The notes beneath the pieces are model-generated. The model was given only the letters and a program-made list of their open reading frames with translations. It had not been told where the DNA came from and ran no database searches. DNA of 64,000 bases. It comes from Dehalococcoidia bacterium (GTDB lineage: Bacteria > Chloroflexota > Dehalococcoidia > Plut-88900). The stretch is from positions 1,568,001 through 1,632,000 of the forward strand of contig CBDBLV010000005.1 of the NCBI GenBank assembly GCA_965207225.1. Direction: 5' to 3'. Below, in pieces: positions 19,325-29,552 of this stretch (its first letter is position 1; every line of letters starts with the position of its first letter). The translations under genes and the position numbers were made by a program.

Positions 19325-20530
19325 TCAGGAACCAAACAACTGGAGAGCGAGTTCGGCCTTTCCGTTTCGACGACCATCGCAACTGCTGGTCACGTAGTCC
19401 GCCCATTGCTGCATCAGTGTGCGCCGGCGCTCGAACAAATCGGACCTGGCATAGGCCTGCTCGGTTGAATTGCCCAGGCTGTGAGCGAGGGCTGCCTCGG
19501 AGACCACCCAGGGCGTATCAGTCTGTTCAAGCGTCCAGTTCTTGAAACTGCTGCGGAACCCGTGGACGGTGGCACGTTTCGCCAGTCCGACGGAACGCAG
19601 GACCTTCGTCAGAGTCATGTCGGACATCGGCACCCCCGGCTTAAGTGGAGACGGGAACACCAGCCCCGAATCTTCACGCAATGCGGAAGCTGCTTCGAGC
19701 AAGCGGAGAGACTGCTCACTAAGAGGTACACGGTGTTCCATGCCCGCCTTCATCCGCGCAGACGGGATACGCCATTCCTTGCCTTCCAGGTCGATCTCGT
19801 CCCAGGTTGCACCCCTGGCTTCGCCTGAGCGTGCCGCGGTCAGTACCAGGAACCGAAGGCAGAGTTTGGCGGACATCGAGGAGAGGGAATCTTCAACCTT
19901 ATCCAGAGCCATCCCAACCTCCTTGTAAGGTAGTGACCTGAAATGAGCCTTCACCTTCGGCATCGGAGGCAGGGCGCCATCAATAGCCTCACCAGCAGGG
20001 TTGGTTTCAATAAACCCATGAGCCATTGCCCACCGGAACACAGACCGCATCCGTTGGCGCACGCGTCTTGCCGTCTCAGGACGGGTAGTCCAAATGGGAG
20101 TGAGAACCCGCAGCACGTCTCCTCGATCTATCTCGTCCACGGGCGTGTTGCCCAGTGCCGGCATCGCGTGGCGTTCCAGGGTCTGGATCCATCCGGCCGC
20201 GTGCCGGGCGTTGCGCCACCGCGGCTTGTTGGTCTTGTGAACGGCGTGGGCGGCTTCTCTGAAGGTGGGCATCGCAGGTGCGCGCTTTTCGGCCACCGGG
20301 TCCCGGCCCTCGGCGATGACGTCACGGTACCCCGTAGCTTTTTCCCGGGCCCTGGCGAGGCTGACTGACGGGTATCCCCCCAGTCCGATATCCCGGCGTC
20401 GTCCATTGACGGTGATACGCAGAACCCAAGATTTCCGGCCCGCTTTGGTGATGAAGAGGTGTAGGCCGCCTCCATCGGAGTAGCGACCAGGAACACTCAG
20501 GGCCTTGACTTGAGTTGCGGAAAGGGTCAC
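19325..20530 (-). CDS. P4-like tyrosine integrase
   Basis: Arm-binding domain (DGGGLHL...GLGGYPSVSLARAR), LTAARSGE, VHGFRSSF, LAHSLG, AYARSD. Confidence 0.95.
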   Translation of the reverse strand: MTLSATQVKALSVPGRYSDGGGLHLFITKAGRKSWVLRITVNGRRRDIGLGGYPSVSLARAREKATGYRDVIAEGRDPVAEKRAPAMPTFREAAHAVHKTNKPRWRNARHAAGWIQTLERHAMPALGNTPVDEIDRGDVLRVLTPIWTTRPETARRVRQRMRSVFRWAMAHGFIETNPAGEAIDGALPPMPKVKAHFRSLPYKEVGMALDKVEDSLSSMSAKLCLRFLVLTAARSGEARGATWDEIDLEGKEWRIPSARMKAGMEHRVPLSEQSLRLLEAASALREDSGLVFPSPLKPGVPMSDMTLTKVLRSVGLAKRATVHGFRSSFKNWTLEQTDTPWVVSEAALAHSLGNSTEQAYARSDLFERRRTLMQQWADYVTSSCDGRRNGKAELALQLFGS

Positions 20531-20551
20531 GGATGCCTCCTTCAGTCGTGA

Positions 20552-20574
20552 AATGTTACCACCAATATTACCAC
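20552..20574. repeat. Direct repeat pair, candidate integrase arm-type sites
   Basis: AATGTTACCAC and AATATTACCAC, starts 12 bp apart, between the integrase start and the tRNA. Confidence 0.55.
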
Positions 20575-20689
20575 ATCTGAAGCGAGTAACCAAGGGATTA
20601 ACAGGGTGTCAGAGGGCAGTAGGGGAAGGATTATTAGCTATAAAGCAAGCGTGAGTCAGGAAAATGATGGCCAACGAAAAAGGGGGTGT

Positions 20690-20781
20690 TGGCGGAGAGG
20701 GTGGGATTCGAACCCACGAGAGAGCTTCCGCCCCCTACGCGATTTCCAGTCGCGCCTGTTCGGCCACTCCAGCACCTCTCC
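20690..20781 (-). tRNA. tRNA-Ser(GGA)
   Basis: GGAGAGG...CGCGA-CTGGAAA-TCGCG anticodon arm, long variable arm, GGTTCGAATCC T-arm, encoded CCA. Confidence 0.97.
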
Positions 20782-21012
20782 GGGACCCGGGCTCAGGCCC
20801 GGAATTCCGAGGTCAAATGATAGCATTGCGCGGGCCGAAAGATAAGGTGTCGGGGACGGGGGAAGGGAATGGCGAGTCGAATGCAGCGACGAAAACACAT
20901 TGTGCAAATGCTGGCAGTCGCAAAGGGTTGCATCTATAATCCGGTACTGTGCTGACGGTCGCGATGAGCACCCCGACGATTCCAAACCCGACTTGAATAC
21001 CGAGGCCTGACG

Positions 21013-22329
21013 ATGGCACATCACCACGGATCCCCCTTCGACCACGCCGAGAAAGACACTCCCGTCCGAAGGACGGCGAGCTTCATTTTGGCGGGGTTGA
21101 GCGGGGGCCACGGGATCTTCCACTGGTTCAACCAGAGCTTCCTCGTGATGTTGCCGGACATCCAGGACGCCTTCGGGCTGAGCAAGGTGCAGGTAGGGGC
21201 GATAACGGCGACACGGGAGATAGCCGGTGGGCTGGTGATGCTGCCCAGCGGGATTATCCTGGACGTTCTCAGACCGTACTGGGGCGTGGCCCTGAGCCTG
21301 TGTATGTTGGCGTTTGGGCTGGGGTGGATCCTCACGGGGCTTTCCCCGATCTACCCGGTGATCTTGGTCGGCATGGTCATAGTGTCGGTGGCGAGCTCCA
21401 TCTGGCACTTGCCGGCTATGGGCGCTCTCTCCCACCACTTTGAACATCGCAAGGGGACGGCGCTGTCATTTCACGGGATAGGCGGGAGCCTGGGCGATTT
21501 CATAGGGCCTCTGGCCACGGGTGCGATCCTGACTGTGATGAGCTGGCGGGGGATCATAAGCGTTTACGCCGTCGTGCCCTTGACCCTGACGTTCATCGTG
21601 TTCTGGGCATTCCGGGACATCGGGACGAAGGGAGTGCCGAGGCACCGGGAGAGGGGTGTTGGGGAACAGCTGCAGATGACCAAGCAGCTGTTGAAGAGCA
21701 TCACGCTGTGGATAGTCATGTTCGTGGCGGGGCTGCGGGGCATGGCCTACCTGGCCGTGGTGACCTTCCTTCCCATATACATGGATGAGTCCCTGGAGTT
21801 CGGTACGTTCAGGGTCGGGTTCTACATCGGGATGCTGGTATTCATAGGCATCCTCGCAACGCCGACCCTGGGATACCTGTCCGACCGAATAGGCAGGAAG
21901 GTGGTAATTGTCCCGTCTCTCCTGGCGATGACGGCGGTCTCCTTCCTGCTCGCGCCCTACGGCGAGGGATGGCAGTTCACCACGCTGATAGCGCTGCTGG
22001 GCCTGTTCCTTTACAGCGACCAACCGATATTGACGGCGGCGGCCCTGGACATGGTCGAACCGGAGAGTCAGGGGTCGATGCTGGGGATATTGTCCTTCGA
22101 GAGGATTGCGCTGGGCGGCCTGTCACCAATATTTGCTGGGCTGATCTACGACCACTGGGGTATGGACTACGTGTTCTACTATGCGGCGGGACTACTGGTA
22201 GCATCAGCGACGCTGCTGATGACTGTAAAGCTAGGGGGTCGGGAAAAGTTTGTGAGAGATGGGCAGGGCCACGGGCATGATCACGGGCACAGACATGAAG
22301 ATGAACATGGGCACGGGCATGGCCATTGA
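21013..22329 (+). CDS. MFS transporter with His-rich termini
   Basis: Many hydrophobic helices, GYLSDRIGRK motif, tail GHGHDHGHRHEDEHGHGHGH. Confidence 0.9.
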   Translation: MAHHHGSPFDHAEKDTPVRRTASFILAGLSGGHGIFHWFNQSFLVMLPDIQDAFGLSKVQVGAITATREIAGGLVMLPSGIILDVLRPYWGVALSLCMLAFGLGWILTGLSPIYPVILVGMVIVSVASSIWHLPAMGALSHHFEHRKGTALSFHGIGGSLGDFIGPLATGAILTVMSWRGIISVYAVVPLTLTFIVFWAFRDIGTKGVPRHRERGVGEQLQMTKQLLKSITLWIVMFVAGLRGMAYLAVVTFLPIYMDESLEFGTFRVGFYIGMLVFIGILATPTLGYLSDRIGRKVVIVPSLLAMTAVSFLLAPYGEGWQFTTLIALLGLFLYSDQPILTAAALDMVEPESQGSMLGILSFERIALGGLSPIFAGLIYDHWGMDYVFYYAAGLLVASATLLMTVKLGGREKFVRDGQGHGHDHGHRHEDEHGHGHGH

Positions 22330-22410
22330 ACGCAGTCACTCAAATGCTCTTGAAGAATTCGGGGTATGCTCCAGATTTGCTCTCATTGACTGACGTCTAC
22401 ACGTGCTGAG

Positions 22411-22534
22411 CCCCGTAAAGGCCCACCCTCAGAATCTGCACGACCCTTCGACCCTGCCCAGGATGAGCGGACTCTGCCCCGCCTCTGTATCAGGCATCTC
22501 GAAGAGAAAAACAGAATCAGACCTCTTTACGGGG
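22411..22534. repeat. MITE-like element with 10-bp terminal inverted repeats
   Basis: CCCCGTAAAG ... CTTTACGGGG enclosing a CCTTCGAC...CAGGATGAGCGG REP-like motif. Confidence 0.45.
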
Positions 22535-22562
22535 GATATACAAGAGGGTGTTGGAGGAATGC

Positions 22563-23654
22563 ATGAGGGTTGAGAAGGCTTCTTATCTACGGGAGGTGTA
22601 CAGGGCGCTAGGTCGTGGGTTCGGGGCGTCGGAGGAGGAAACGAGACTGTTCGCGGAGCCCTTTGTACAGGCCGACCTGTTCGGGAAGGACACCCAGGGA
22701 ATTGCGTGTATCGACCTCGTGTATCCATGGGTTAAGAGCGGGGCATTGCAATTCGGTACGCCCTTGGAGATAGTGAGCGAAGGTCCTTCATATGCGTTGC
22801 TGGACGGGAACGGGGGCCCGGGCCAGATTACGGCTACGAGGGCGATGGAGGTAGCAATAGAGAAGGCAAGGGAGTCGACTGTGGGGCTGGTGTGGGTGCG
22901 GAACACCAACGATTTCACCATGGCGTCGGCATACGCGATAAGGGCGCTGGAGTACGACTTCATAGGGCTGGCGATGAGCAACGGGGTGCCCTTAGTGTCG
23001 GGGTGGGGAGGACGGGAGCCGATATTCAACACGAATCCCTTGGCCTTTGTCATACCCGCGGGAGACGAGAGGCCGATCATATTCGATGGGGCGATGAGCT
23101 CGGTATCGCACGGCCGGGTGGTGCTTTCGGCGAGGGACAGGTTGTCGATGGCGGATGATCCCCTCGTTGGAACGGATGGCGTGCGAACGGGCGACCCAAT
23201 GCCGTTGATAGTCGACCCCATGAGCCGGAACTCTGAGCAACTGGGAGCGATACTACCGCTGGGCCCGAAGGGGATGGGGTGGCTGTTATTTGTAGATGTG
23301 CTGGCTGGAATAGCATCGGGGGGCACGACGGGTAAGAGCGTCCCACATGACCCAACGCCCGATGAACCGTGGACCGGTGGATTCTTCCTGATGGCGGTGA
23401 ATGTCGGGAACTTGCAGCCACTGGATGAATTCAAGGTCAAGGTTGATGAGATGATCAGGAATGTGAAGGAGTCCGAGACTGCGGAGGAGTTCGATGAAAT
23501 CGTGCTTCCGGGGGAGCGGGCGCAACTGGAATACGAGCGGAGGTCTCGGGAGGGAGTGCCGGTGAGGGAGGAACACTGGGAGCAGGTGGTCAGGATAGGC
23601 AAAGAGCTCGGGGTGGACGTGGAGGGGTTGAGGACGCGAACCACCCAGGGGTGA
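22563..23654 (+). CDS. Ldh2/malate-L-lactate dehydrogenase family oxidoreductase
   Basis: LLDGNGGPGQ, NTNPLAF, LPLGPKG, LPGERA motifs. Confidence 0.9.
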   Translation: MRVEKASYLREVYRALGRGFGASEEETRLFAEPFVQADLFGKDTQGIACIDLVYPWVKSGALQFGTPLEIVSEGPSYALLDGNGGPGQITATRAMEVAIEKARESTVGLVWVRNTNDFTMASAYAIRALEYDFIGLAMSNGVPLVSGWGGREPIFNTNPLAFVIPAGDERPIIFDGAMSSVSHGRVVLSARDRLSMADDPLVGTDGVRTGDPMPLIVDPMSRNSEQLGAILPLGPKGMGWLLFVDVLAGIASGGTTGKSVPHDPTPDEPWTGGFFLMAVNVGNLQPLDEFKVKVDEMIRNVKESETAEEFDEIVLPGERAQLEYERRSREGVPVREEHWEQVVRIGKELGVDVEGLRTRTTQG

Positions 23655-23682
23655 GGTACGGGACCCCGAGATCAAGGAGAGA

Positions 23683-23925
23683 TTACTCGGGGATGTGGGG
23701 CTTGCGGTCGGGCTTTGCGGATTCGGAGCATAGAGGCTCCTTGGCGTCCTGGACCACTTTCTCAACTTCGGAGGAAGACCTCTTGAACTCGCGGATGCCC
23801 TTGCCCAAGGCGCCGCCGATTTCCGGCAGCTTGCCAACGCCAAAGATGATAATGACGATGACAAGTATGACGAGGATCTCCGGCAACCCTATTCCCGGGC
23901 CTCCGATGAAGGCGCTCAAGGGCAT
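23683..23925 (-). CDS. tatA: Twin-arginine translocase TatA/E
   Basis: GLPEILVILVIVIIIFGVGKLPEIGGALGKGIREFK. Confidence 0.95.
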   Translation of the reverse strand: MPLSAFIGGPGIGLPEILVILVIVIIIFGVGKLPEIGGALGKGIREFKRSSSEVEKVVQDAKEPLCSESAKPDRKPHIPE

Positions 23926-24051
23926 ATTTTTGTCCCCCTAGAGGAGAGAAGTGTGAATCAATGATAATAGGCGCCGCGATGGGAGTCAACCAAAGCCTTT
24001 CATCCTGCCGCAGGAATCGAGATTGACAGGCCGTCAGACAAGGTGTAATTG

Positions 24052-24855
24052 ATGAACAGAAATGTGATAGCTCTGGACTTTGACGGGGTGATATGCGACA
24101 GCGCGGCGGAGTGCGTGGTGTCGGCGTATGGGGCTTACGTTGAGGCCAAGGGAGAGGCGTTCGATCCCATGGAATCGGTGGTGCCGGACTACTTCAGAGA
24201 TGGGTTCTACCGGCTGAGGCCTCTGATCCGGGACGGTCGGGACTACGTGATGATCCTGTACCTCCTGGACCTGGGTGTAGAGATAGAGAACCAGGAGGAT
24301 TTCGACCACGAACTGGAGACCCGGCTGCCGGACCTCCTCAACTTATTCGGGGTGGAGGATGGGCCGGGGCTGGAGGCTGCGTTCCAGAAGTACCGGGCGG
24401 GATTCAGGGGTCGGGACGAGGAGGGGTGGATGGACAGGAATCGACTCTATGAAGGCATGGTGGAATCCTTAAGTCGACGGGAGGGTGACTTTGGGGAGAT
24501 ATTCGTAACCACGTCCAAGCCAAGCACTGTCGCCCGAGGAATATTGGAACACAAGGGATTCGTGCTGCCGGAGGGCCATGTACTTGGTAAGGACATGGTG
24601 GGCAGGTCGCCGGACAAGAACGTGCACATGCGGCTGGTGACCGAGGCGTCGAGAGTGAGGTACGAGGACATCCATTTTGTGGACGACCAGGTGGCACACC
24701 TGGAGTCTGCGATGGGCTTGGCAGTCAACTGCTACCTGGCGTCGTATGGGTATACGACGGAGAAGCAGGTGAGGAAAGCCCGGGAGTTGGGGATCAGGGT
24801 GCTTGAGGAGACGGAGTTGGCGGGGTGGATGGGTGGGGTGTTGGGTGGTGGATAA
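24052..24855 (+). CDS. HAD-superfamily hydrolase
   Basis: ALDFDGVICDS, FVDDQ. Confidence 0.85.
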   Translation: MNRNVIALDFDGVICDSAAECVVSAYGAYVEAKGEAFDPMESVVPDYFRDGFYRLRPLIRDGRDYVMILYLLDLGVEIENQEDFDHELETRLPDLLNLFGVEDGPGLEAAFQKYRAGFRGRDEEGWMDRNRLYEGMVESLSRREGDFGEIFVTTSKPSTVARGILEHKGFVLPEGHVLGKDMVGRSPDKNVHMRLVTEASRVRYEDIHFVDDQVAHLESAMGLAVNCYLASYGYTTEKQVRKARELGIRVLEETELAGWMGGVLGGG

Positions 24856-24859
24856 GAAA

Positions 24860-25999
24860 CTATTGGAGGCCCATTATTCGGGCCGCGGTGTTGCCAAGGA
24901 TGTCGGCTCTTTCGGAGTCTGACAGGAAGTTGCAGTTGAGCTTGTACTGATTGAGGGCCTGCTTGTATGTACAGTAGCGCCCGACCATAGGCCAGTCGGA
25001 GCCCCACATGAGCCTGTGGGCACCGATGCGCTTGACGCACTCCTCGATAGTAGGCTCCGCCTCTTTCCAGGGATACTCCCAGATGGCGCCCATCTGTATA
25101 GTTAACATAAGCTCCATATGGCACTGTGGGGACTGGAAGACCGACCAAATGTCTTCGGGGAAACGGATGCGGTCGCCGTCCAGGAAGGCGCGCCAGGGGA
25201 GACCGTGGGTTATGACTACCTTGACGCCGGGGTAGCGTTCCATCCAGCGGATAAGTATTCGGAGTTCATCCATGTACTCTTCGAGGAGCGCTGGGCCGTA
25301 AGGGCTCGGGCCCGCGAGGCCCTTGCCGATCATGGTGAAGAACACCGGGACACCGAGCCTGGTGACTGCGTCCCAGAATGGCCGCATGGCCTCCTCGTCC
25401 CACGGGTCGCGGTGGCCCTGCTGATCGTGAAGGGGCGGGCTGTAGTAATAGCGGGGCATGAACTGGAGCCCCGATGGGCTCTTCGAGTTGACGACTTCCC
25501 AGGCCACTTCTTCGGCGGCCTTTTCGGGATTGGCGGGGATGGAGTGGGCCTCGACCATTACGAGCCTCATAAGGCGGTCCGGGTAGAGGTTAACGACGTT
25601 GCGCTGGAACTCGTTCTGGAAGGTGTAGCGACCCTTGTGGGGGTGGGTGTGGAGGATGCCGCAGTCGATGCCGGCGTAGTCCATCTCGGCGATCATTAGC
25701 TCGGGCGGACATTCGAGGTTGTGGAGCATGGGCGGGAAGTACTGTTTGACGTAGGTCTCGCCTTCGTACTCCCAGGCGAGCTGTCCCATATGTCGGGTCC
25801 AGCGGGCGTTGGTGAGTTCTCCGGTGTCTGGGTTGATTAGGGAAGAGTTGTCGACGGGGGCACGGTCACGGGCGCTCCAGGCAGGCTGATGGTGGGTGGC
25901 CAGCTCCCGATGGATGACCTCCATCTTCTCGGCCCTGGATTTGTAACCGGCGGCCGAGTCCCACTGGGCGAAGGAGCTGGGGTAGCAGTCGATTATCAT
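24860..25999 (-). CDS. Amidohydrolase family 2 protein
   Basis: EMDYAGID, VVITHG, RLMWGSDWP, ILGNTAAR. Confidence 0.85.
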   Translation of the reverse strand: MIIDCYPSSFAQWDSAAGYKSRAEKMEVIHRELATHHQPAWSARDRAPVDNSSLINPDTGELTNARWTRHMGQLAWEYEGETYVKQYFPPMLHNLECPPELMIAEMDYAGIDCGILHTHPHKGRYTFQNEFQRNVVNLYPDRLMRLVMVEAHSIPANPEKAAEEVAWEVVNSKSPSGLQFMPRYYYSPPLHDQQGHRDPWDEEAMRPFWDAVTRLGVPVFFTMIGKGLAGPSPYGPALLEEYMDELRILIRWMERYPGVKVVITHGLPWRAFLDGDRIRFPEDIWSVFQSPQCHMELMLTIQMGAIWEYPWKEAEPTIEECVKRIGAHRLMWGSDWPMVGRYCTYKQALNQYKLNCNFLSDSERADILGNTAARIMGLQ

Positions 26000-26013
26000 G
26001 GCCCGGTCTCGGC

Positions 26014-26769
26014 CTACTTTTCGTCCGCGACGTAGTTGCGGAGTACACCAACGCCCTGCACCTCGACCTCGACGGTGTCGCCGTCCTTGGTGGCGCCGGG
26101 GATGCCCGGGGTGCCGGTGTAGATGACGTCTCCCGGCTCAAGGGTCATGGAGGCGGAGATGAAGCTGATGATGGTGGGCACGTCGAAGATGAGGTCGGAG
26201 GTGTTGCCTTCCTGGGCGGTCTCGCCGTTGATGCGGACGGCGAGGTTGGTGTTGAAGGGGTCGATCTCGGTGTTGATGAAGGGGCCGAGGGGGCCAAAGG
26301 TGTCGGAGCCCTTGGCGCGCCACCACTGGAGGTCGCCTCGCTGCCAGGGCCTGCAGCTGACGTCGTTACCTGCGGTGTAGCCGAGAACATAGGCGAGGGC
26401 GTCTTCTTTGGATACGGACTTGGCCCGTCGGCCAATGACGATAACTAGCTCGCCTTCGTGCTCTATGAGTCCGGCGTCCCTGGGGAGGATGATGGTACCC
26501 TCGGGGTCCAGGAGGGAGGTGAGGGTCTTGAAGAAGATTCCGGGCACCTCGGGTTGCTTCCTGCTGCCGAGATGGCTGGCGTAGTTGAGGCCCACCGCAA
26601 GGACCTTCGTGGGTTCGCAGGGCATGAGTAGCTTTACATCGGCGAGGTTGTGTCGGGTAGAGGTCTGCTTTACATCACCGTAGATGCTTCCTTCGATCTC
26701 TGTGACAGTGTCACCTTCGACTACGCCGAAAGAAGTTCGTCCGTCGGCCTGGTATCTTGCGAATTTCAT
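26014..26769 (-). CDS. Fumarylacetoacetate hydrolase family protein
   Basis: GLNYASH, HEGEL, GYTAGNDVS, KGSDTFGPLGP, GDVIYTGTP. Confidence 0.95.
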   Translation of the reverse strand: MKFARYQADGRTSFGVVEGDTVTEIEGSIYGDVKQTSTRHNLADVKLLMPCEPTKVLAVGLNYASHLGSRKQPEVPGIFFKTLTSLLDPEGTIILPRDAGLIEHEGELVIVIGRRAKSVSKEDALAYVLGYTAGNDVSCRPWQRGDLQWWRAKGSDTFGPLGPFINTEIDPFNTNLAVRINGETAQEGNTSDLIFDVPTIISFISASMTLEPGDVIYTGTPGIPGATKDGDTVEVEVQGVGVLRNYVADEK

Positions 26770-26934
26770 GTGTGCCTCCGGGGTGTTGGGTGTTGGGGTT
26801 AGGGGCTGGGACATATTACATGGGGCGGTTGGGTGGGACAATCCCTTTTGACGTATGGTCAAAGTTGGCTTGCGGCATCGTTCACTAGCAAATAGAGTGT
26901 ATCGACCGACACTCCTGTGCGTGAGTGAAGACGT

Positions 26935-28098
26935 TTGTACTTGGAAATTCTATCGCTTACCAACTTCAGAAATTACGCTTCCCTGGATCTGCCATTTGGG
27001 CCGGGGACGTTCATTCTGTGGGGCGACAACGCGCAGGGGAAGTCGAACTTGCTGGAGGCAGTGTACCTGCTGGCTACCACCAAGTCGGCGAGGGCTTCCA
27101 ACGAGCGGGAACTGATAGGGTGGGGGGCGATGGATGACCCTCTGCCCGCAGCCCGTGTCACGGGTGAGCTGAGCCGAGGTGGAGAGAAGACGAGACTGGA
27201 TGTCGGTTTGGTGGCGGAGAAATCGGAGGTTGGGGATGAAATTTCGTTCAGCCTCAGGAAGCAGACTCGGGTAAACGGTGTGCCGCGGCGGGCGTCGGAC
27301 GTGATGGGGACGCTGAACGCGGTTCTGTTCGACCCACAGGACGTTGACCTGGTCACCGGGCCTCCTTCGTCGAGAAGACGCTACCTGGACGTCACGATTT
27401 CCCAGATGAACAGGGACTACCTGAAGGCGTTACAACGCTATACGAGGATACTGACGCAGCGCAATCACCTGCTGAGGGCGATCAGAGAAGGGACGAGCCA
27501 GAGCAGCCAACTGAGGGTTTGGGACGCTCCTCTCATCGAGGAAGCGGTGCATACTCATCTCACTCGCAGACGGATGCTGGAAGAAATGGCCGGAGCCAGC
27601 ACAGTGATATACGGGGAGCTGACGGGTAGCGAGGAGTCATTTGCGTTGAGGTATTTGCCGAATCCCAGGGAACTTCGGGGTATTTCTGAAGATGCGAACG
27701 AAGTTGGAGAGGTTATCCGGGAGCGGCTTTCGGCGAATGTGGACAGAGAGATTGGGCAGGGGGTGACCGTGGTCGGGCCTCACAGGGACGATGTGCAGTT
27801 TGAGGTGGGAGGTCGGGACGCGAGCCTGTACGGGTCTCGGGGCCAGCAGCGTACTGTGGTGGCGGCCCTGAAGCTCGCTGAGGTGAAGCTGCTGGAGTCC
27901 AACACGGGTGAAGACCCCGTCCTGCTGCTGGATGATATTCTTTCTGAACTGGATGAAACGAGACGGCGTCGGGTGCTTCAAACGGTGCTGCGGAGTGAGC
28001 AGACTATATTGACTACTACTGACCTGGACCGAATTGATGAGGGGTTGAGGACTCGGGCGCGGTTGATCAGGGTTGAAGGAGGGAGGCTGTTGTTTTGA
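26935..28098 (+). CDS. recF: DNA replication/repair protein RecF
   Basis: NFRNY, GDNAQGKSNLLEA, GPHRDD, GSRGQQR, LLLDDILSELD. Confidence 0.97.
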   Translation: MYLEILSLTNFRNYASLDLPFGPGTFILWGDNAQGKSNLLEAVYLLATTKSARASNERELIGWGAMDDPLPAARVTGELSRGGEKTRLDVGLVAEKSEVGDEISFSLRKQTRVNGVPRRASDVMGTLNAVLFDPQDVDLVTGPPSSRRRYLDVTISQMNRDYLKALQRYTRILTQRNHLLRAIREGTSQSSQLRVWDAPLIEEAVHTHLTRRRMLEEMAGASTVIYGELTGSEESFALRYLPNPRELRGISEDANEVGEVIRERLSANVDREIGQGVTVVGPHRDDVQFEVGGRDASLYGSRGQQRTVVAALKLAEVKLLESNTGEDPVLLLDDILSELDETRRRRVLQTVLRSEQTILTTTDLDRIDEGLRTRARLIRVEGGRLLF

Positions 28099-28223
28099 CT
28101 CGGGGCGTGCTCTAGCTCTCTCCTCCGAAGGAGATGGGGTCGGAGGTGCTGACCCAGATTCTTCGCGAGGCACCAAAAGACAATAAGGAAAAGCATTACG
28201 GACTGGGAAGAAGGAGAACGGCT

Positions 28224-29018
28224 GTGAACGAGGTTGAGTTGCAGGCAGGGATAGACAGGGCGGCGGAGCTTATTGTTGGGTCTGAGTACACGACGGCCCT
28301 GGTCGGGGCTGGGATGTCGGTAGAGAGCGGTATTCCTCCGTTCAGGGGCCCCGGTGGCATCTGGACGAAGTACGGGGAGCCGCCGATGGACGGTTACCAG
28401 AAGATGCTGCAGGACCCTGAGGGCTACTGGCTGGAACGCAACAGCGACGAGGGCCCGATGGCGGAGTTTAGGAGCACTTTTGAGCAGGCCCGACCGAACC
28501 CGGGACACCTGGCAATGGCCGAGATGGAGGAGATGGGTTACCTGCGCTGCATAATCACCCAGAACGTGGACAACCTGCACCAGGTTGCGGGCAGCATGAA
28601 CGTGGCGGAAATACACGGCAATTCGACAAAGCTGAGGTGTGTCGGTTGCAATAGCCGATGGGATGCGGAGGAATACGAGGTCACAGACTATCCACCGCTG
28701 TGCGACGACTGCGGGGGCATCATCAAGGCTGACACAGTGATGTTCGGCGAGCCGATACCATTTGACGTGCTGGTGAAGTGCGACCAGGAGTCGAAGAAGT
28801 CGGACTGCATGATGCTGGTCGGGACCACGGCAGAGGTATACCCGGCAGCCAGCTTTCCCCACATGATCAAGCAGTCGGGCGGGGTGCTAATCGAGATAAA
28901 TCCCTACGATACGGTGATTTCAGGGCTATGTGATGTAGTCCTGCGGGGGCCGTCAGGGGATGTGCTCCCGAGGTTGGTGGAGAGGGTGAGGTCGTTGAGG
29001 CCGGGTGGGTCAGGGTGA
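28224..29018 (+). CDS. Sir2-family NAD-dependent deacylase
   Basis: GAGMSVESGIPPFRG, ITQNVDNLH, HGN, two CxxC. Confidence 0.95.
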   Translation: MNEVELQAGIDRAAELIVGSEYTTALVGAGMSVESGIPPFRGPGGIWTKYGEPPMDGYQKMLQDPEGYWLERNSDEGPMAEFRSTFEQARPNPGHLAMAEMEEMGYLRCIITQNVDNLHQVAGSMNVAEIHGNSTKLRCVGCNSRWDAEEYEVTDYPPLCDDCGGIIKADTVMFGEPIPFDVLVKCDQESKKSDCMMLVGTTAEVYPAASFPHMIKQSGGVLIEINPYDTVISGLCDVVLRGPSGDVLPRLVERVRSLRPGGSG

Positions 29019-29414
29019 GGGCATTTCGGCGACGCGGAAGGGGAGAGTGCAGATTTCGATGCCGTCTATGAGCCAGCTGACCTGGTAATCGCCAAATTTC
29101 TGGAAGCGGAGGCCGTAGAGACCGTTGACGTTGCGGTAGGTGCGGTAGGTGAGACCCTTGCCGGGAGCGGGAATGTCGCGGTTAGCGGTAACGGGCGGGA
29201 TAATGTCGTTGGCGTCGGCGTCCTGGACGCGCATTTCGAATGCCTTGGTGCGCCGGGTCTCGTTGGAGGTGAACTTTAACCCGAGGACGGCGAAGAGCTG
29301 CTGGTGCACCACTGGTACGGTCTTGGCGTAAATGGTGTCTATGCCGATGCCGACAGCGGTGAGCTTGTTGGAGGAATCGGCGTAATCGCAGAGGAAAGCG
29401 TATTCGACGTTCAT
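29010..29414 (-). CDS. Hypothetical protein (DUF6941-like)
   Basis: AFLCDYA...KLTAVG...FGDYQV pattern. Confidence 0.65.
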   Translation of the reverse strand: MNVEYAFLCDYADSSNKLTAVGIGIDTIYAKTVPVVHQQLFAVLGLKFTSNETRRTKAFEMRVQDADANDIIPPVTANRDIPAPGKGLTYRTYRNVNGLYGLRFQKFGDYQVSWLIDGIEICTLPFRVAEMPSP

Positions 29415-29552
29415 GGCGTGGAATTGGGTGGTGAGGTTGACTCTTCAATGGTCACGGGTCGGGGGAGTCTTTGTCAAGGCGGCTGTTATAATTCTCGGCC
29501 AAGACTGGGTCGAGATGGTGGGTGGGGCAGGAGAAACAGGGAGATTGAAGAA

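Larger units (their letters stand above)
1..20689. mobile_element. Integrative (probably conjugative) element inserted at tRNA-Ser 3' end; left boundary outside the window
   Basis: Tyrosine integrase and AlpA next to the tRNA 3' end, XRE/ImmA module, VirB4/T4CP/relaxase genes, visibly more AT-rich cargo at ~7600-14100. Confidence 0.85.

Noticed and set aside
1-20689. Second att site (tRNA-Ser 3' duplicate) inside the window
   Set aside because: No TGGCGGAGAG-type copy noticed by eye; the boundary is probably left of the window
22583-23644. Long antisense ORF (and similar shadow ORFs such as 413-1501 and 27978-28862)
   Set aside because: They lie opposite well-supported genes in GC-rich DNA and have no motifs
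26935-28098. Replication origin near recF
   Set aside because: No dnaA/dnaN/gyrB neighbours and no DnaA-box cluster seen
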